Shown: positions 11,101 to 21,716 of the stretch, piece by piece | Layout of the letters: every line of letters begins with the position of its first letter | Numbering within the stretch: the stretch's first letter is position 1 | Origin: Nitrospirota bacterium | GTDB taxonomy: Bacteria > Nitrospirota > Nitrospiria > Nitrospirales > Nitrospiraceae | DNA length: 64,000 bases | Direction of reading: 5' to 3' | NCBI GenBank assembly: GCA_963703955.1 | Contig: CAVPGK010000015.1 | Location: 1-64,000 of the forward strand | Made by a program: the position numbers and the translations under genes | The notes under the pieces: generated by a model | What the model was told of the DNA's origin: nothing | Databases searched by the model: none | The model's input: only the letters and a program-made list of their open reading frames with translations

Positions 11101-14100
11101 TTAGGACGTGGGTTCCGTCTGAAGGGCCTCATAGACGCGTCGCGCGTTCTGAAGCGGTTCCCAGTGTAAGACCTCGAGCGAGTCCCGCACATAAGCAGGC
11201 GAGCGCATGCCGTTGAGCACGCAGGTAACTCCGGGCGAACTCGTCAACACCCAGAGGGCTTTGCGGGAAAGGGACTCTTTCCGTCGGGATTCCAGTAGTA
11301 GGGGATCGATGAGTGCAGAAATCCGTCTGGTCTTTTCACGGCTCTTCACCGTGGCCTCGCGCCGAAGCTCCTTCAGCAGCATGAGCAGCGCCGCGAGATA
11401 GCGATCCCGCCATCCCTCCCAGCGCTCGCCGACTCACCGGCGAAATGATGAGTTAAGGCCCGCAACACCTGATTGAGGTGCGGGGCGATCATTTGGGTTT
11501 CGATCTGCTCCCAATGCTCGGCATTTTGGACGTTCGGTCGCACCTTCGTCAGCTCCTCCGCCCATCGGAAATAGTCTTCTGGCGGCAGCCCCTGGCCTGG
11601 TTTCTGGATGTGAGGGACAAACTCCCGTCGGTACTCATCTTCCAGTTGAGCAACGGCATCGCGTTGAGCCTCGAAGGTGACAGCGGAAGGTTCCACGGGC
11701 AGGTCCGCCAACCTGATCATGCCCCCTCCCTTCAGCCGGGATCGCGTTCAACGGTCGGTTGACAAGGACGGCCAACCGTTCGGCTTGTGCAAGTTCCAGC
11801 ACCGTCTGCGCTTCGCCAGGCCGGTATTCGGCGAGAGCAGGGCGCCCGATTCGAACAGATTCATCGGACATTGCAGCACTCGAAAATGGTGCGCGGTGGT
11901 GCCCCGGTCGCCGCAGTCGCCGCGATCCGCGCCGCTTCGAGCATGCGCGATAACGATGTCGCTTCGGGATCGTTTGCAGACGCCGTACAGGTATTCGACG
12001 AGACGCCATAGCATTGGATGCGTCCGGCGGCCACCTGCGTTTCCAGATACTCAAATGCGGCTTGCAAACGGCGATAAAATTCCTGGCGTAGCGCGCCCAT
12101 GTCGGTCTGGACGGGAAGGGGCGAGTCTGGGGGCAAAGGGTCTGTCTTGGCAGGCCCAGGGGGGGTGGGTGAAGATGACGCCGGGGGGGCGGCGTGATTA
12201 TGCCGACGATTGGCATCGGACAGAAAGTATTCGACGTTATGGAGTAGGCAGACATCCAGCGTCTGCAATCCCAGTCGGTCAAGGGATGCCTCCAGTTGAT
12301 CCTCGAGGAACTCCGGGTGCAGGCAGTGCCAGAGAGTCGTCGTCGTATTTGACCATCTCCGGATAGGGCTTGCCGGATTTTTCACGAGCCTGGGCGCGGG
12401 CCAGGTTTTGACCTTGGACATAGCCGATCTTTGAGACCACGATGATCGCTTCGCGCGTCAGTTCGCCCTTCTCGATGAGTTCGGCGAGAACCGACCCGAC
12501 CAGCCGCTCGCTTTCGCCGTCGGTGTAGTTGGTCGACGTATCGATGAGGTTACATCCCATTCGAAGGGCGGTGATGAGCGCTTCGCGGTGTTCCGGCTCT
12601 TCGGTATCGATGCGATAGCCGCCGAACCCCAACCGGCTCGCGGTCAATCCGGTAGACCCGAACATCGTATACCCCTGCTCAACTCCCGGCGACGCAGAGG
12701 GACGGCTGACTGAGTGGACAGCATAGGCGGCGGTTCCTCCGGGCGTAGCATGGCCCGCAATTCGTGCACCGTGGAGGGCTTTCGGTGAGTCTGCCGGCTG
12801 GGCGTCGGCCGACCGATTCGCCAACGCAGCCGCGGCCATGGCCGGCTCGCTAATCGGAGTCTGACAGGCGAAGTTCCGGCAGATGTACAGAGCAGCCTTG
12901 CCGGTCACGAGACCCTTGCTCATCGTCAAGGGGTGACGAGGATCCGGACCCTCGGGGTCGTAATGGGCAATGATACGATTCGGCAGATAGGGACGGTTCA
13001 CTTCACGCTTGAGCGCTTCATAGCCGGGCTCCGCAGGACTGCCGACCAGAGCGATCTCGATCGGGCCGTTCAAGAGCAGATCAACGACCGTCAAGCTTTT
13101 CGCAAAGGCCCGAGGGTACCGCGCGATCTGGCGGCCATAGGCGCGAATGGCGTTGGTTGCGGCGTCGCGGAACTCGGAGCGGGCGTAATGGAAGGAGAGA
13201 CGGGCCAAGGCGGACGCCGCGACGGCGTTCCCGCTGGGAATTGCCCCATCAGGACCTTCCCGGCTTCGGACGATCAATGACTCATGATCCCGTGCCGTCG
13301 TAAAAAACCCGCCGTTCTGAGTGTCGTGAAAGTCAGCTAGGATCCGCTCGGCCAACCGAACGGCTTCGTGCAAAAATCCTTCATGCGCGCCGGCCTCGTA
13401 CAAATCGATCAACCCTTCGGCCAAGAAGGCATAGTCCTCCAAGCAGGCGTTCAGATGGGCTTTGCCGGCGCGATACGTCCGATACAGACCGCTGTCCGGA
13501 CGGGACAAGGTCAGGAGAAGAAAATCGGCGGCCTGTTCGCCCGCTTCCAAATACCGGCTTTCACCAAGTACCCGCGCGCCTTCAGCCATCGCGCTGATCA
13601 TCATGCCGTTCCAGGCGGTCAGGATCTTGTCGTCGAGGCCGGGGGGAATGCGCCGGCTCCTGGCTTCATAGACGAGAGGACGCAGGCGTTCGATCGTTCG
13701 CCCTAACTCTTCCACGGTGATACCCAGGTCGCGCGCGACCTCGTCGAGCGAACGGGGCGTATTGGGAATGCTGGTCCGCTCCCAGTTCCCGGCCGAAGTG
13801 ATGTCGTAATAGGCGCAGAAGCGACGAGCGTCTTCGTCGGTGGACGCCGCGTTCCGGATGTCGTCCGGCGACCAGACAAAGAACTTGCCTTCAATTCCCT
13901 CCGAATCGGCATCGGTCGCGGAGTAAAACCCACCGTCCGCCGAAGTCATCTCGCGGAGAATATAGTCCAACGTCTCACGTGCAATCCGTTGATACCGGGC
14001 CTCACCGGTTGCCTGGTACGCCTCCAAGTAGGTGTGGACGAGTAGGGCGTTGTCGTACAGCATTTTCTCGAAGTGGGGGACCAGCCACCGCTCATCCGTC

Positions 14101-14885
14101 GAATAGCGCGCGAAGCCCCCCCCGATATGGTCATACATGCCGCCGGCCGCCATCGCATCCAGCGTCTTCGTCACCATCTGCAAGATCCTGTCGTCACCGG
14201 TCCGGTGATGCCGCCGGAGCAGGAACGAGAGCCCGGTGGCCGGAGGAAATTTCGGAGCATGGCCGAAGCCGCCATAACGCGAATCGAAGTCCTCGGAGAA
14301 CTGGGTGACGGCCGCATCGAGCTCCGCTTCCCCCACGGACATGGGCATGGTCACCCGCAATTCGTCCTTCAGGCGCCGGGTCAGTTGCGCGGCCTGTCGA
14401 CGAAGCCCATTTGGATCACTGCGCCAGAACTCGGCGACCTTCTGGAGAACCGTCGCAAAGCCGGGACGTTCATACCGGTCCGTCGGTGGAAAATAGGTTC
14501 CGGCAAAAATCGGCTCCTGCTCGGGTGTCAAGAACACCGTCATCGGCCACCCACCCTGCCCCTGGTTCAGGGCCAGCGTGGCTTGCATATAGATTTCATC
14601 CAGATCAGGACGCTCTTCCCGGTCCACCTTGACGCACACGAAGTGTTCATTCATCAATGCGGCGATGCGCTCATCCTCAAAGGATTCGCGCTCCATCACG
14701 TGACACCAATGGCAGGCCGAGTACCCGATGGACAGCAGAATGGGCTTGTTGAGTTCGCGGGCGCGCTGAAGGGCTTCTTCCCCCCAGGGATACCAGTCTA
14801 CCGGATTGTGCGCATGCTGGAGCAGATAGGGACTGGTCTCTTGGGCCAGGCGATTGGCAGGGCGCGGCGTATCCTGTTCAATCAT
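11101..14885 (-). CDS. DUF255/YyaL thioredoxin-alpha/alpha-barrel protein fused to an aldo/keto reductase domain (several indels in the 3' part)
   Basis: [43 protein letters not shown]; in-frame continuation into AKR motifs [38 protein letters not shown]. Confidence 0.85.
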
Positions 14886-14894
14886 GCGCTCAAC

Positions 14895-15253
14895 CTACCA
14901 CTCGCGACGAAGGCGGGTCAACCGAAAGACGCTGCGCCCGCACTCGCGACAGATACCGTAGCGCGGGCCGATGACTTGAATGGGTGCGGTGTTCTGAATC
15001 GGAATGGAACAGAGGTTATCGGTCTTGCCCTTGCGATGATGTTTCTTCCTTTTCTTGCTCTTGAGCTCTTTCTTCTCGTTGATCTGCCTCTCGGCCGGAG
15101 CCATCATGGCTGGGCAGCAGGCGCGGCCGGTGCGGCGGGGAGCGCAGACGGAGCAGGTGCGGCTTGCTCCTGAGCGAAGGTGGTTGCACCGAAACCGGCC
15201 GGTACCATCATTGCCGTGACGGTCACTGTCAGACGCCTCGCTTTCCGACTCAA
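14895..15253 (-). CDS. Probable small secreted Ala/Pro-rich, Lys-rich protein (apparent indel near 15105)
   Basis: TTG after AAAAGGA gives LSRKARRLTVTVTAMMVPAGFGATTFA-QEQAAPAPSALPAAP, then the next frame MMAPAERQ...KKRKKHHRKGK. Confidence 0.4.
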
Positions 15254-15271
15254 CGGTCCTTTTCTGTCGAA

Positions 15272-15517
15272 TTACTTGCCTTTCGCCTTGGTCTCCGTCT
15301 CGGCGGACTTGCCCTTGGCCTTGCCTTCCGTCTCGGCGGTTTTGCCCTTGGCCTTGCCCTCCGTCTCGGCGGTTTTGCCCTTGGCCTTGCCCTCCATCTC
15401 GGCGGATTTGCCCTTGGCCTCACCCTCCATCTTCTTCATCTCATCGGCGAACGAGAACGAGCCGAACCCGCCCACGAGCATAACGGCCATGGCCGCGACC
15501 AGCATCTTCTTCCTCAT
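15272..15517 (-). CDS. Small secreted protein with tandem 11-aa repeats
   Basis: SD AGGAGG, signal peptide ending SFA-DE, about 5 copies of EGKAKGK(T/S)AE(T/M). Confidence 0.85.
   Translation of the reverse strand: MRKKMLVAAMAVMLVGGFGSFSFADEMKKMEGEAKGKSAEMEGKAKGKTAETEGKAKGKTAETEGKAKGKSAETETKAKGK
15276..15430. repeat. 33-bp coding tandem repeat (about 4.5 copies)
   Basis: Recurring unit gcccttggccttgcc(t/c)tccgtctcggcggtttt. Confidence 0.9.
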
Positions 15518-15577
15518 GAGTCACCTCCTGCGAAATGAATGGTTCACCACTCCGAAAAACAGTCTTTGACGCGGGGT

Positions 15578-15606
15578 AACCTAAGCCACTTTGCCTGGCA
15601 TGTCAA
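15578..15606 (-). promoter_or_regulatory. Sigma70 promoter of the repeat-protein gene
   Basis: TTGACA-17 nt-TAGGTT. Confidence 0.6.
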
Positions 15607-15750
15607 CAATAGGTTCACTCTGAGCCGGGCAGTGGGTGTCCTGTCGGTCGAATCGGGCGAAAAGCTACAAGCACCCCCACTAAGTAAGAGCACGCGAGAA
15701 TAGTCTTGCGGTATGATACTCTCTGTAGCATGTGACAGTGAGAACGAACC

Positions 15751-17193
15751 ATGGCTGAGATTGGTCCATACTCCAACTATCGTTTGACGGTTAGGCTCGA
15801 ATTGGCGAATCGCCCGGGCATGTTTGCGCGGGTCGCTACGGTCTTGGCGGAAGAGGGCGCCAATCTGGGAGCGGTGGACATTGTATCGGCCGCCGCCGAC
15901 ACCATGGTTCGCGACGTCACCTTCGATGTCCAGAGTGAAGAGCACGGCGAGCGCGTCCTGGCTCGGTTGAGCGGGATGCCGGACGTCCACGTATTGTCTG
16001 CATCGGACCGAGTCTTTCTGTTGCATTTGGGTGGGAAAATTCGCGTGCAAAGTAAGCTGCCGCTTGCCACCCGTCACGTGCTCTCGATGGTCTATACACC
16101 GGGGGTCGGACGGGTGGCCCAGGCCATTGCCAAGGACCAGTCCAAGGTCTACGCGTTCACGTCCAAATCGAACAGTGTGGCGATAGTGACGGATGGCTCG
16201 GCGGTGCTGGGTCTCGGCAACCTCGGTCCAGAAGCTGCCCTGCCGGTGATGGAAGGAAAGTCCATGCTGTTCCGGGAGTTTGCCGGCATCGACGCTTGGC
16301 CTATCTGCCTCAGCACGCAGGATCCCGATGAGATCGTTCGCATCGTTCAGGGCATCGCGCCTAGCTTTGGCGCGATCAACCTCGAGGACATCAGCGCGCC
16401 TCGGTGCTTTGATATCGAGCGGCGCCTGAAAGCCTCGGTGGATATCCCCGTCATGCACGATGACCAGCATGGCACGGCAGTGGCAGTTCTTGCGGCGCTG
16501 ATGAACGCCCTAAGGGTGATCAAGAGGTCCTTCGAGGATATCCGAGTCGTCGTCAATGGGTTGGGCGCCGCAGGAACGGCCTGTTGTCGAATCCTCTTAG
16601 CCGCGGGCGTCTCTCACCTAGTCGGCTGCGAACCTCAAGGTATCGTGCTGGCCGGAAAACCCGAGCAATTGCGCGCCAGCCGAACCGATCTGGCCGCATT
16701 GATGCGGAAGGATCGGCCCGTCGGCACGCTGCAGGATGCCTTGAGGGGCGCGGACGCGTTCATCGGTCTCTCAGTCGGCAACATCCTGCGGGCCGAGGAT
16801 TTGGAGTTGATGGCCAAAGACCGGATTGTCTTTGCCATGGCGAATCCGGATCCCGAAATCGCTCCACAGTCGGCAGCGCCGTACTGCAGAATTTTCGCAA
16901 CAGGTCGTTCCGATTACCCGAATCAGATCAACAACGCGCTGGCGTATCCCGGTATCTTCCGAGGCGCGCTGGATGTCCAAGCGCGGGATATTAATGAAGC
17001 CATGAAGCTGGCCGCGGCGCAAGCGATCGCCGAAGTCATTCCGGAATCAACCGTCAGCGAGGACTACATCATTCCCAGCGTGTTTGATAAGGAGATCGTC
17101 CCAAGAGTGGCGAAAGCGGTGGCGGCGGCGGCGAGAGAAACAGGGGTCGCGCGCCGTCGCGTCAAAGCGGTCGATGATACGTCGCGAGGTTAA
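15751..17193 (+). CDS. NAD(P)-dependent malic enzyme with N-terminal ACT domain
   Basis: ACT (NRPGMFARV), VYTPGV, VTDGSAVLGLGN, INLEDI, HDDQHGTA, GLGAAG, ATGRSDYPNQINN. Confidence 0.95.
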   Translation: MAEIGPYSNYRLTVRLELANRPGMFARVATVLAEEGANLGAVDIVSAAADTMVRDVTFDVQSEEHGERVLARLSGMPDVHVLSASDRVFLLHLGGKIRVQSKLPLATRHVLSMVYTPGVGRVAQAIAKDQSKVYAFTSKSNSVAIVTDGSAVLGLGNLGPEAALPVMEGKSMLFREFAGIDAWPICLSTQDPDEIVRIVQGIAPSFGAINLEDISAPRCFDIERRLKASVDIPVMHDDQHGTAVAVLAALMNALRVIKRSFEDIRVVVNGLGAAGTACCRILLAAGVSHLVGCEPQGIVLAGKPEQLRASRTDLAALMRKDRPVGTLQDALRGADAFIGLSVGNILRAEDLELMAKDRIVFAMANPDPEIAPQSAAPYCRIFATGRSDYPNQINNALAYPGIFRGALDVQARDINEAMKLAAAQAIAEVIPESTVSEDYIIPSVFDKEIVPRVAKAVAAAARETGVARRRVKAVDDTSRG

Positions 17194-17197
17194 CCGG

Positions 17198-17692
17198 CTA
17201 TTCGGTTCCGCCCAGGCTCAGCTCGTAGAGTAAAACCTTCCAGCCGTCCTCTTCACTCAGAAACTGACCGACGATGGGGAGCATCCCCGTCCCGGGTACC
17301 TTGCCGGACTGCCCCATGCTGCCGTTTTTCAGCACCCACATCAACTCGCCCGGGGTTCGGAGCTTCTTGAATTTGGGGTTGGTGAAATTTCGGGGCTGGA
17401 TGGGGAGCACTTTTGCCGCGCCGCCGTCTCCTTTGCCTTCGGGACCATGGCACTGAAAGCAGGTGCCACGACCGAGAAAGACCGCTTTCCCTTCAGCGAG
17501 AATTTCCGGAGTGGGTGTGAACGGCGGCGTGGTGGCCTTCGCCTGCCCGAGTTGATCCGCGGGAACCCGCGGCACTTTGATGTCGAATTCACCTCCGGCC
17601 TGACCATAGCCGGACGGGTTAGCGGCAAACGAAGCCTGTGCGCCAAGCGTCATGATCATTCCGAGAAAAAAGGCGCGCCTTGCACGCTTCAT
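17198..17692 (-). CDS. Periplasmic monoheme cytochrome c
   Basis: Signal peptide, CFQCH heme motif, GKGDG, PGTGM distal Met. Confidence 0.9.
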   Translation of the reverse strand: MKRARRAFFLGMIMTLGAQASFAANPSGYGQAGGEFDIKVPRVPADQLGQAKATTPPFTPTPEILAEGKAVFLGRGTCFQCHGPEGKGDGGAAKVLPIQPRNFTNPKFKKLRTPGELMWVLKNGSMGQSGKVPGTGMLPIVGQFLSEEDGWKVLLYELSLGGTE

Positions 17693-17844
17693 GATCCCTC
17701 CGTAGATATGCATGGAACAGACGGGAATTCAGCCTGAAACGGGGCGGGAGTCTAACACTGCTCATCTGATTCCGGCAACCCTCGATACGGCCGGCGGCCT
17801 CTCCTTGTCGAGGAGGGGTCCCATCCTGACCGCCTTGTGCTAGA

Positions 17845-18537
17845 ATGGCGCTGCCTTCGTTCGAGCGGGTGCGGCAAGCGGAGCGTCGTCAAAGAGGGTT
17901 TGTGCCTTTTTCAGCGAGAAAGCTCGCCAAGTACCAAACCGGCATGCGCCGCCGGATCGAATCGCTTCGAAGCAAAACGGAGGACAGCCTCGACGTGGCC
18001 ATGGACCAGATGATGCAGGAGCGCGTGGACAGTTATTTCCAGGTCGAGGAGGGGCTTGCGGAAATCGAGCATACCTTGACCTTCATCGAGGAAGAGCTGC
18101 CGCACATCCATGATCTGTCCGGGGCCATCCGCTTGGAGGCCCGGCTGGAATTCGTCGAAGACCGATGGGACGACCTTGACAGCGAAGTCCGCGAACGGCC
18201 TCGGCGCAGAAGGCGCAAATTCAACTTCGCCGATTTCCTCAAAGCCGCCGGAGGCGGAGGGTGGGGAGACACCTCAGGCGCGCGTGGGGAAATCAACTCG
18301 GCGATGGACGCATTCAGCGCACTTGGGCTTGAGGAGGGGTGTTCAATGGCATCCGTCACGGCGGCCTTCCGCCAACGAGCGAAGAGTCTGCATCCCGACG
18401 CCCGAAAGGGCGACCGGAGTTCGGAGCCGGAGCTGCGCCGCATTATCGAGGCGTACCAATTTCTCAAAGAGTATTTGAGCTTGAGCCAGACCGAGCCACC
18501 GCGTAGCTCGGAGGCTCCCTATTCACCAACCGAGTAG
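17845..18537 (+). CDS. Protein with N-terminal coiled coil and C-terminal J domain
   Basis: DAFSALGL...AFRQRAKSLHPD...IIEAYQFL J-domain pattern; true start may be GTG near 17902. Confidence 0.8.
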   Translation: MALPSFERVRQAERRQRGFVPFSARKLAKYQTGMRRRIESLRSKTEDSLDVAMDQMMQERVDSYFQVEEGLAEIEHTLTFIEEELPHIHDLSGAIRLEARLEFVEDRWDDLDSEVRERPRRRRRKFNFADFLKAAGGGGWGDTSGARGEINSAMDAFSALGLEEGCSMASVTAAFRQRAKSLHPDARKGDRSSEPELRRIIEAYQFLKEYLSLSQTEPPRSSEAPYSPTE

Positions 18538-18541
18538 CTCC

Positions 18542-19738
18542 TTGGCTCACGGACGTCCTGCCCACTACATCACAGATCCTCCCGCCCTCGAAAACCTGTG
18601 CCGGCGTCTCCAGCGGAGCACACGGATCGCGCTCGATACGGAGTTCGTCGGGGAGGATACATTTATTCCCCGCTTGGAGCTCATTCAGATCGCCAGTGCC
18701 GATGAGTCGGCGGCCATCGATTTTCCAGCACTCAGTGGACACGGATCCTTGGACCATTTGTGGACGATCATCTGTGATCCGAGGGTCGAAAAGGTAGTGC
18801 ACGCGGGCAGGCAGGATCTGGAACTCGCCGCACTCCACGCCGGGAAAATCCCAACTCCGTTCTTCGACACGCAGATTGCGGCGGCCATGGTGGGATACGG
18901 AGCTCAGGTGGCCTATGCGAGCCTGGTTCAGCGTCTGACCGGCAAACGACTGGCCAAATCACACACCTTCACCAATTGGAGCCAGCGACCGCTGACCAAA
19001 GACCAGATCACGTATGCTCTGGAAGACGTGCAATTTCTGCTGCCGATCCACGATAAACTGCGCGCGCGGTTGCGGTCCTTGGGTCGAGAGGAGTGGCTGT
19101 ACGAAGAGTTCAGTCGGCTGCAGGCCTCGCTGGGGGAACGAGCGCGGGAGCCGCAGGATCGCTATCAACGGATTCGCGGGTGGGACACCCTTCAACCGCG
19201 CGCGGCCGCGGTATTGCGGGAATTAGCCGCATGGAGGGAAGGCGAGGCGAAACGGCGCAATATCCCGCGGGGTCGGGTCCTCCGCGACGAGGTTCTCCTC
19301 CAGCTCGCGCGCCAGACCCCGGGGTCGGTAGAGCAGCTCCGTGCGATCCGGGGTATCCATCCGTCTGAGGTCGATCGAAGTGGGGAGACCCTGCTGGCAA
19401 GGATTCAACGCGCCTTGACATTGCCTTCATCGGAATGGCCCGAGGTTCCCCGCGAGCGAAAGCCGGATCCGGAAGCTACGGGCCAGGTGGAGCTCCTTCA
19501 AGCCATCCTCAAGGCCCGTGCGTTGGATGAAGATATCTCGCCCAGCCTGCTCGGCACCACATCAGACTTGCAGACGCTGGTGGATGCCAAACAGAATCGC
19601 CATCAGTTGAATCTTCCCATCTTGCAAGGATGGCGGCGGGAGCTGGCGGGTGAGGCGCTTCTGAATGTGTTAGACGGGAAAATGGTCGTGAGCATCGATC
19701 AACAGACCGGGAAACTCCGTCTGAACCGTGTGCCTTAG
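18542..19738 (+). CDS. rnd: Ribonuclease D
   Basis: IALDTEF, HAGRQDLE, FDTQIAA, TNWSQRPL, YALEDV, HRDC domain, GWRR. Confidence 0.93.
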   Translation: MAHGRPAHYITDPPALENLCRRLQRSTRIALDTEFVGEDTFIPRLELIQIASADESAAIDFPALSGHGSLDHLWTIICDPRVEKVVHAGRQDLELAALHAGKIPTPFFDTQIAAAMVGYGAQVAYASLVQRLTGKRLAKSHTFTNWSQRPLTKDQITYALEDVQFLLPIHDKLRARLRSLGREEWLYEEFSRLQASLGERAREPQDRYQRIRGWDTLQPRAAAVLRELAAWREGEAKRRNIPRGRVLRDEVLLQLARQTPGSVEQLRAIRGIHPSEVDRSGETLLARIQRALTLPSSEWPEVPRERKPDPEATGQVELLQAILKARALDEDISPSLLGTTSDLQTLVDAKQNRHQLNLPILQGWRRELAGEALLNVLDGKMVVSIDQQTGKLRLNRVP

Positions 19739-19769
19739 GAGGTGGCGAATCCCGTCCTATCTTGATTCC

Positions 19770-20120
19770 TTAAAGCAGCCGCTTGACCGTGTCCGCCGGT
19801 CTGGCCAAGATGGCTTTCTCGCCCTTTTCCAGAATCGGGCGTTGGATCAGGTCCGGGTGCTTGATCATCAGGTCCAGCAGACCGTCTTCGCTGACGTCTT
19901 TCGTGGCAAGCCCCAGCGTCTTGTAGATGTCTTCCTTGGTCCGCAGCACGTCCTTCGCCTTCAGTCCGGCTTTCTTCAGGAGCGCCTTGAGCTGCGTCTT
20001 GGTGAATGGCTGCTCGTAGTAGTTCACGGCGATAAAGTCTTGTCCGCTGTCCTTAAGCAGCTGAAGGGCCTGGCGACAGGTCGTGCATGTCGGTTTCTGA
20101 TAGATTGTGATCTTGCCCAT
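19770..20120 (-). CDS. ArsC/Spx/YffB family protein
   Basis: IYQKPTCTTCRQA, HPDLIQRPI. Confidence 0.9.
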   Translation of the reverse strand: MGKITIYQKPTCTTCRQALQLLKDSGQDFIAVNYYEQPFTKTQLKALLKKAGLKAKDVLRTKEDIYKTLGLATKDVSEDGLLDLMIKHPDLIQRPILEKGEKAILARPADTVKRLL

Positions 20121-20204
20121 TGTTTCTCCTTTCTCTCTGCTGGATGATGCCGCCTTGACCTCGTTTTCCCTCGGGTGTTAAATCAACGCTCCGGGTGACG
20201 GAAG

Positions 20205-20606
20205 GTGATGATCATGCCGACGGCTGGAACAAGTTCGAGCGGTGAATTTGCTTGCGCAACTGCTACGCAGCGTACGTTGAAAGACCTGCGAACTAAACGG
20301 AAGGGGCAGCCTGTCTTCGTGGTCGGTCATGTGCTTGAGCGCAAAGGAGCGGAGGCGACTTTCGAAGTTTTTAACGTTCGCCTGGCAGTCGTCAAGTTCT
20401 CCGACGGCGCCTTACTCGGGTATGACCCGGTCGAATTGCTGCTACCCACCGAGATTAATGACAAAGCCGTCGCCTACTTCGAAATCCGCCAATGTTCGAA
20501 ATGCGACCAACAATTTCCTTTGACCGCAGAGGAAGCACAAGGCGAGGTTGAACCGACCGAGTGCCCGGACTGCGCAAACGAGTCAGGACTGAGGACTGAG
20601 TCATGA
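20205..20606 (+). CDS. Hypothetical protein with C-terminal zinc ribbon
   Basis: CSKC...CPDC motif pair. Confidence 0.7.
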   Translation: MMIMPTAGTSSSGEFACATATQRTLKDLRTKRKGQPVFVVGHVLERKGAEATFEVFNVRLAVVKFSDGALLGYDPVELLLPTEINDKAVAYFEIRQCSKCDQQFPLTAEEAQGEVEPTECPDCANESGLRTES

Positions 20607-20697
20607 GAACCGCGGTGGCTGAACTGCTTACTCCTGAAGTGAGCAGCGGGTTGGGTCATTTGGCCAAAATCAGCACGTCGCTGAGGCCTTGTTAAAT

Positions 20698-21069
20698 TCA
20701 GTTGAGTAGCGGAGCGAGGTCCAGCGCTTTCTTCAGCAAGCAATCTCCTGCGACACCTTGCAACGTCATGGGCAACATTCCCGCATCAAGCTGCTTGACG
20801 GAGAGCAACCGATAGTCCTCACCGACCTTCTCGGTGTCGGCTCGAATGGAATGGCAGATCTCCAGGTTTCTCCAAATCAAATTGTCAAGCACGACATCGT
20901 TAGGGATCAGCGTGGCTTCTGAGACAGCGCCGCCGGTCGTCACTTGGGCTGTCACCGCCTTTCTATCTTTTGAGATGTTGGTCACGACCGCGAACAGGAC
21001 AGTATCTTGCGCCGAGATGATCGTGGCCCACATGAGCACGGAGAGGGCTATCGAGACCTTGGTGCGCAT
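20698..21069 (-). CDS. Hypothetical secreted protein
   Basis: Signal-like MRTKVSIALSVLMWATIISA-QD; two Cys in the mature part. Confidence 0.65.
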   Translation of the reverse strand: MRTKVSIALSVLMWATIISAQDTVLFAVVTNISKDRKAVTAQVTTGGAVSEATLIPNDVVLDNLIWRNLEICHSIRADTEKVGEDYRLLSVKQLDAGMLPMTLQGVAGDCLLKKALDLAPLLN

Positions 21070-21110
21070 CAGCCTCGATCGAGCTCGGCTCCGCCGACCG
21101 GTGCGACGTA

Positions 21111-21557
21111 TCAAGGCGTCCTTTCTCCCGAATAGGGACGACGCAGCGCACGCTCGGGAACCCAACCGGTCGCCCCATCCGAGGCTCTAATCTCATACTG
21201 AGACTCCCGCGACCCGTTCGGGCCATTCTCCGTCATTGCGGTGATTACCACTTCGGTTCCAATCGGCAACGCGCGCGGCTTCGCACGGCTTGCCGTCGGA
21301 GAGACCACGACTGGTTGATCGACAACCACGGTTTGCCCGACGAGAAACAGAGTTGAGGAGTGGCCCTGAGTTATGGAATCCCCCCCACGCGCCGGGCCGC
21401 CGTGGCTCAGCGCGCTCTTTCCGACCATTTTCTCGGAGGTGGTAGCCTCGCCTGTCGGAGATGAGCTGCGGCCGCGTCCGTCGAACCATACGACCACTAC
21501 GACTCCGATAACGGCTGCTCCAGCGAGCAGCAGGCTTGAACGCAATGAATACGTCAT
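21111..21557 (-). CDS. Membrane-anchored hypothetical protein with SH3-like C-terminus
   Basis: N-terminal TM, C-terminal LPIGTEVVI...YEI..DGATGWVPERAL. Confidence 0.6.
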   Translation of the reverse strand: MTYSLRSSLLLAGAAVIGVVVVVWFDGRGRSSSPTGEATTSEKMVGKSALSHGGPARGGDSITQGHSSTLFLVGQTVVVDQPVVVSPTASRAKPRALPIGTEVVITAMTENGPNGSRESQYEIRASDGATGWVPERALRRPYSGERTP

Positions 21558-21716
21558 GGTCTGATTCTACCAAGCTAGGCCCATGAGAGACAAAGAGTAT
21601 GTCAACGGGTATATTAATTATCAAGCAGCGGGTTGCTTAACTGAACGATTTCTTGCTACATAGAATTTTGACCGTGAGCGGTGAACAAGGTCAGCACGAG
21701 CACAGGAGGGTGAACG

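Noticed and set aside
15276..15430. CRISPR-like array
   Set aside because: The 33-bp units are contiguous, in frame and lack unique spacers; no cas genes are present
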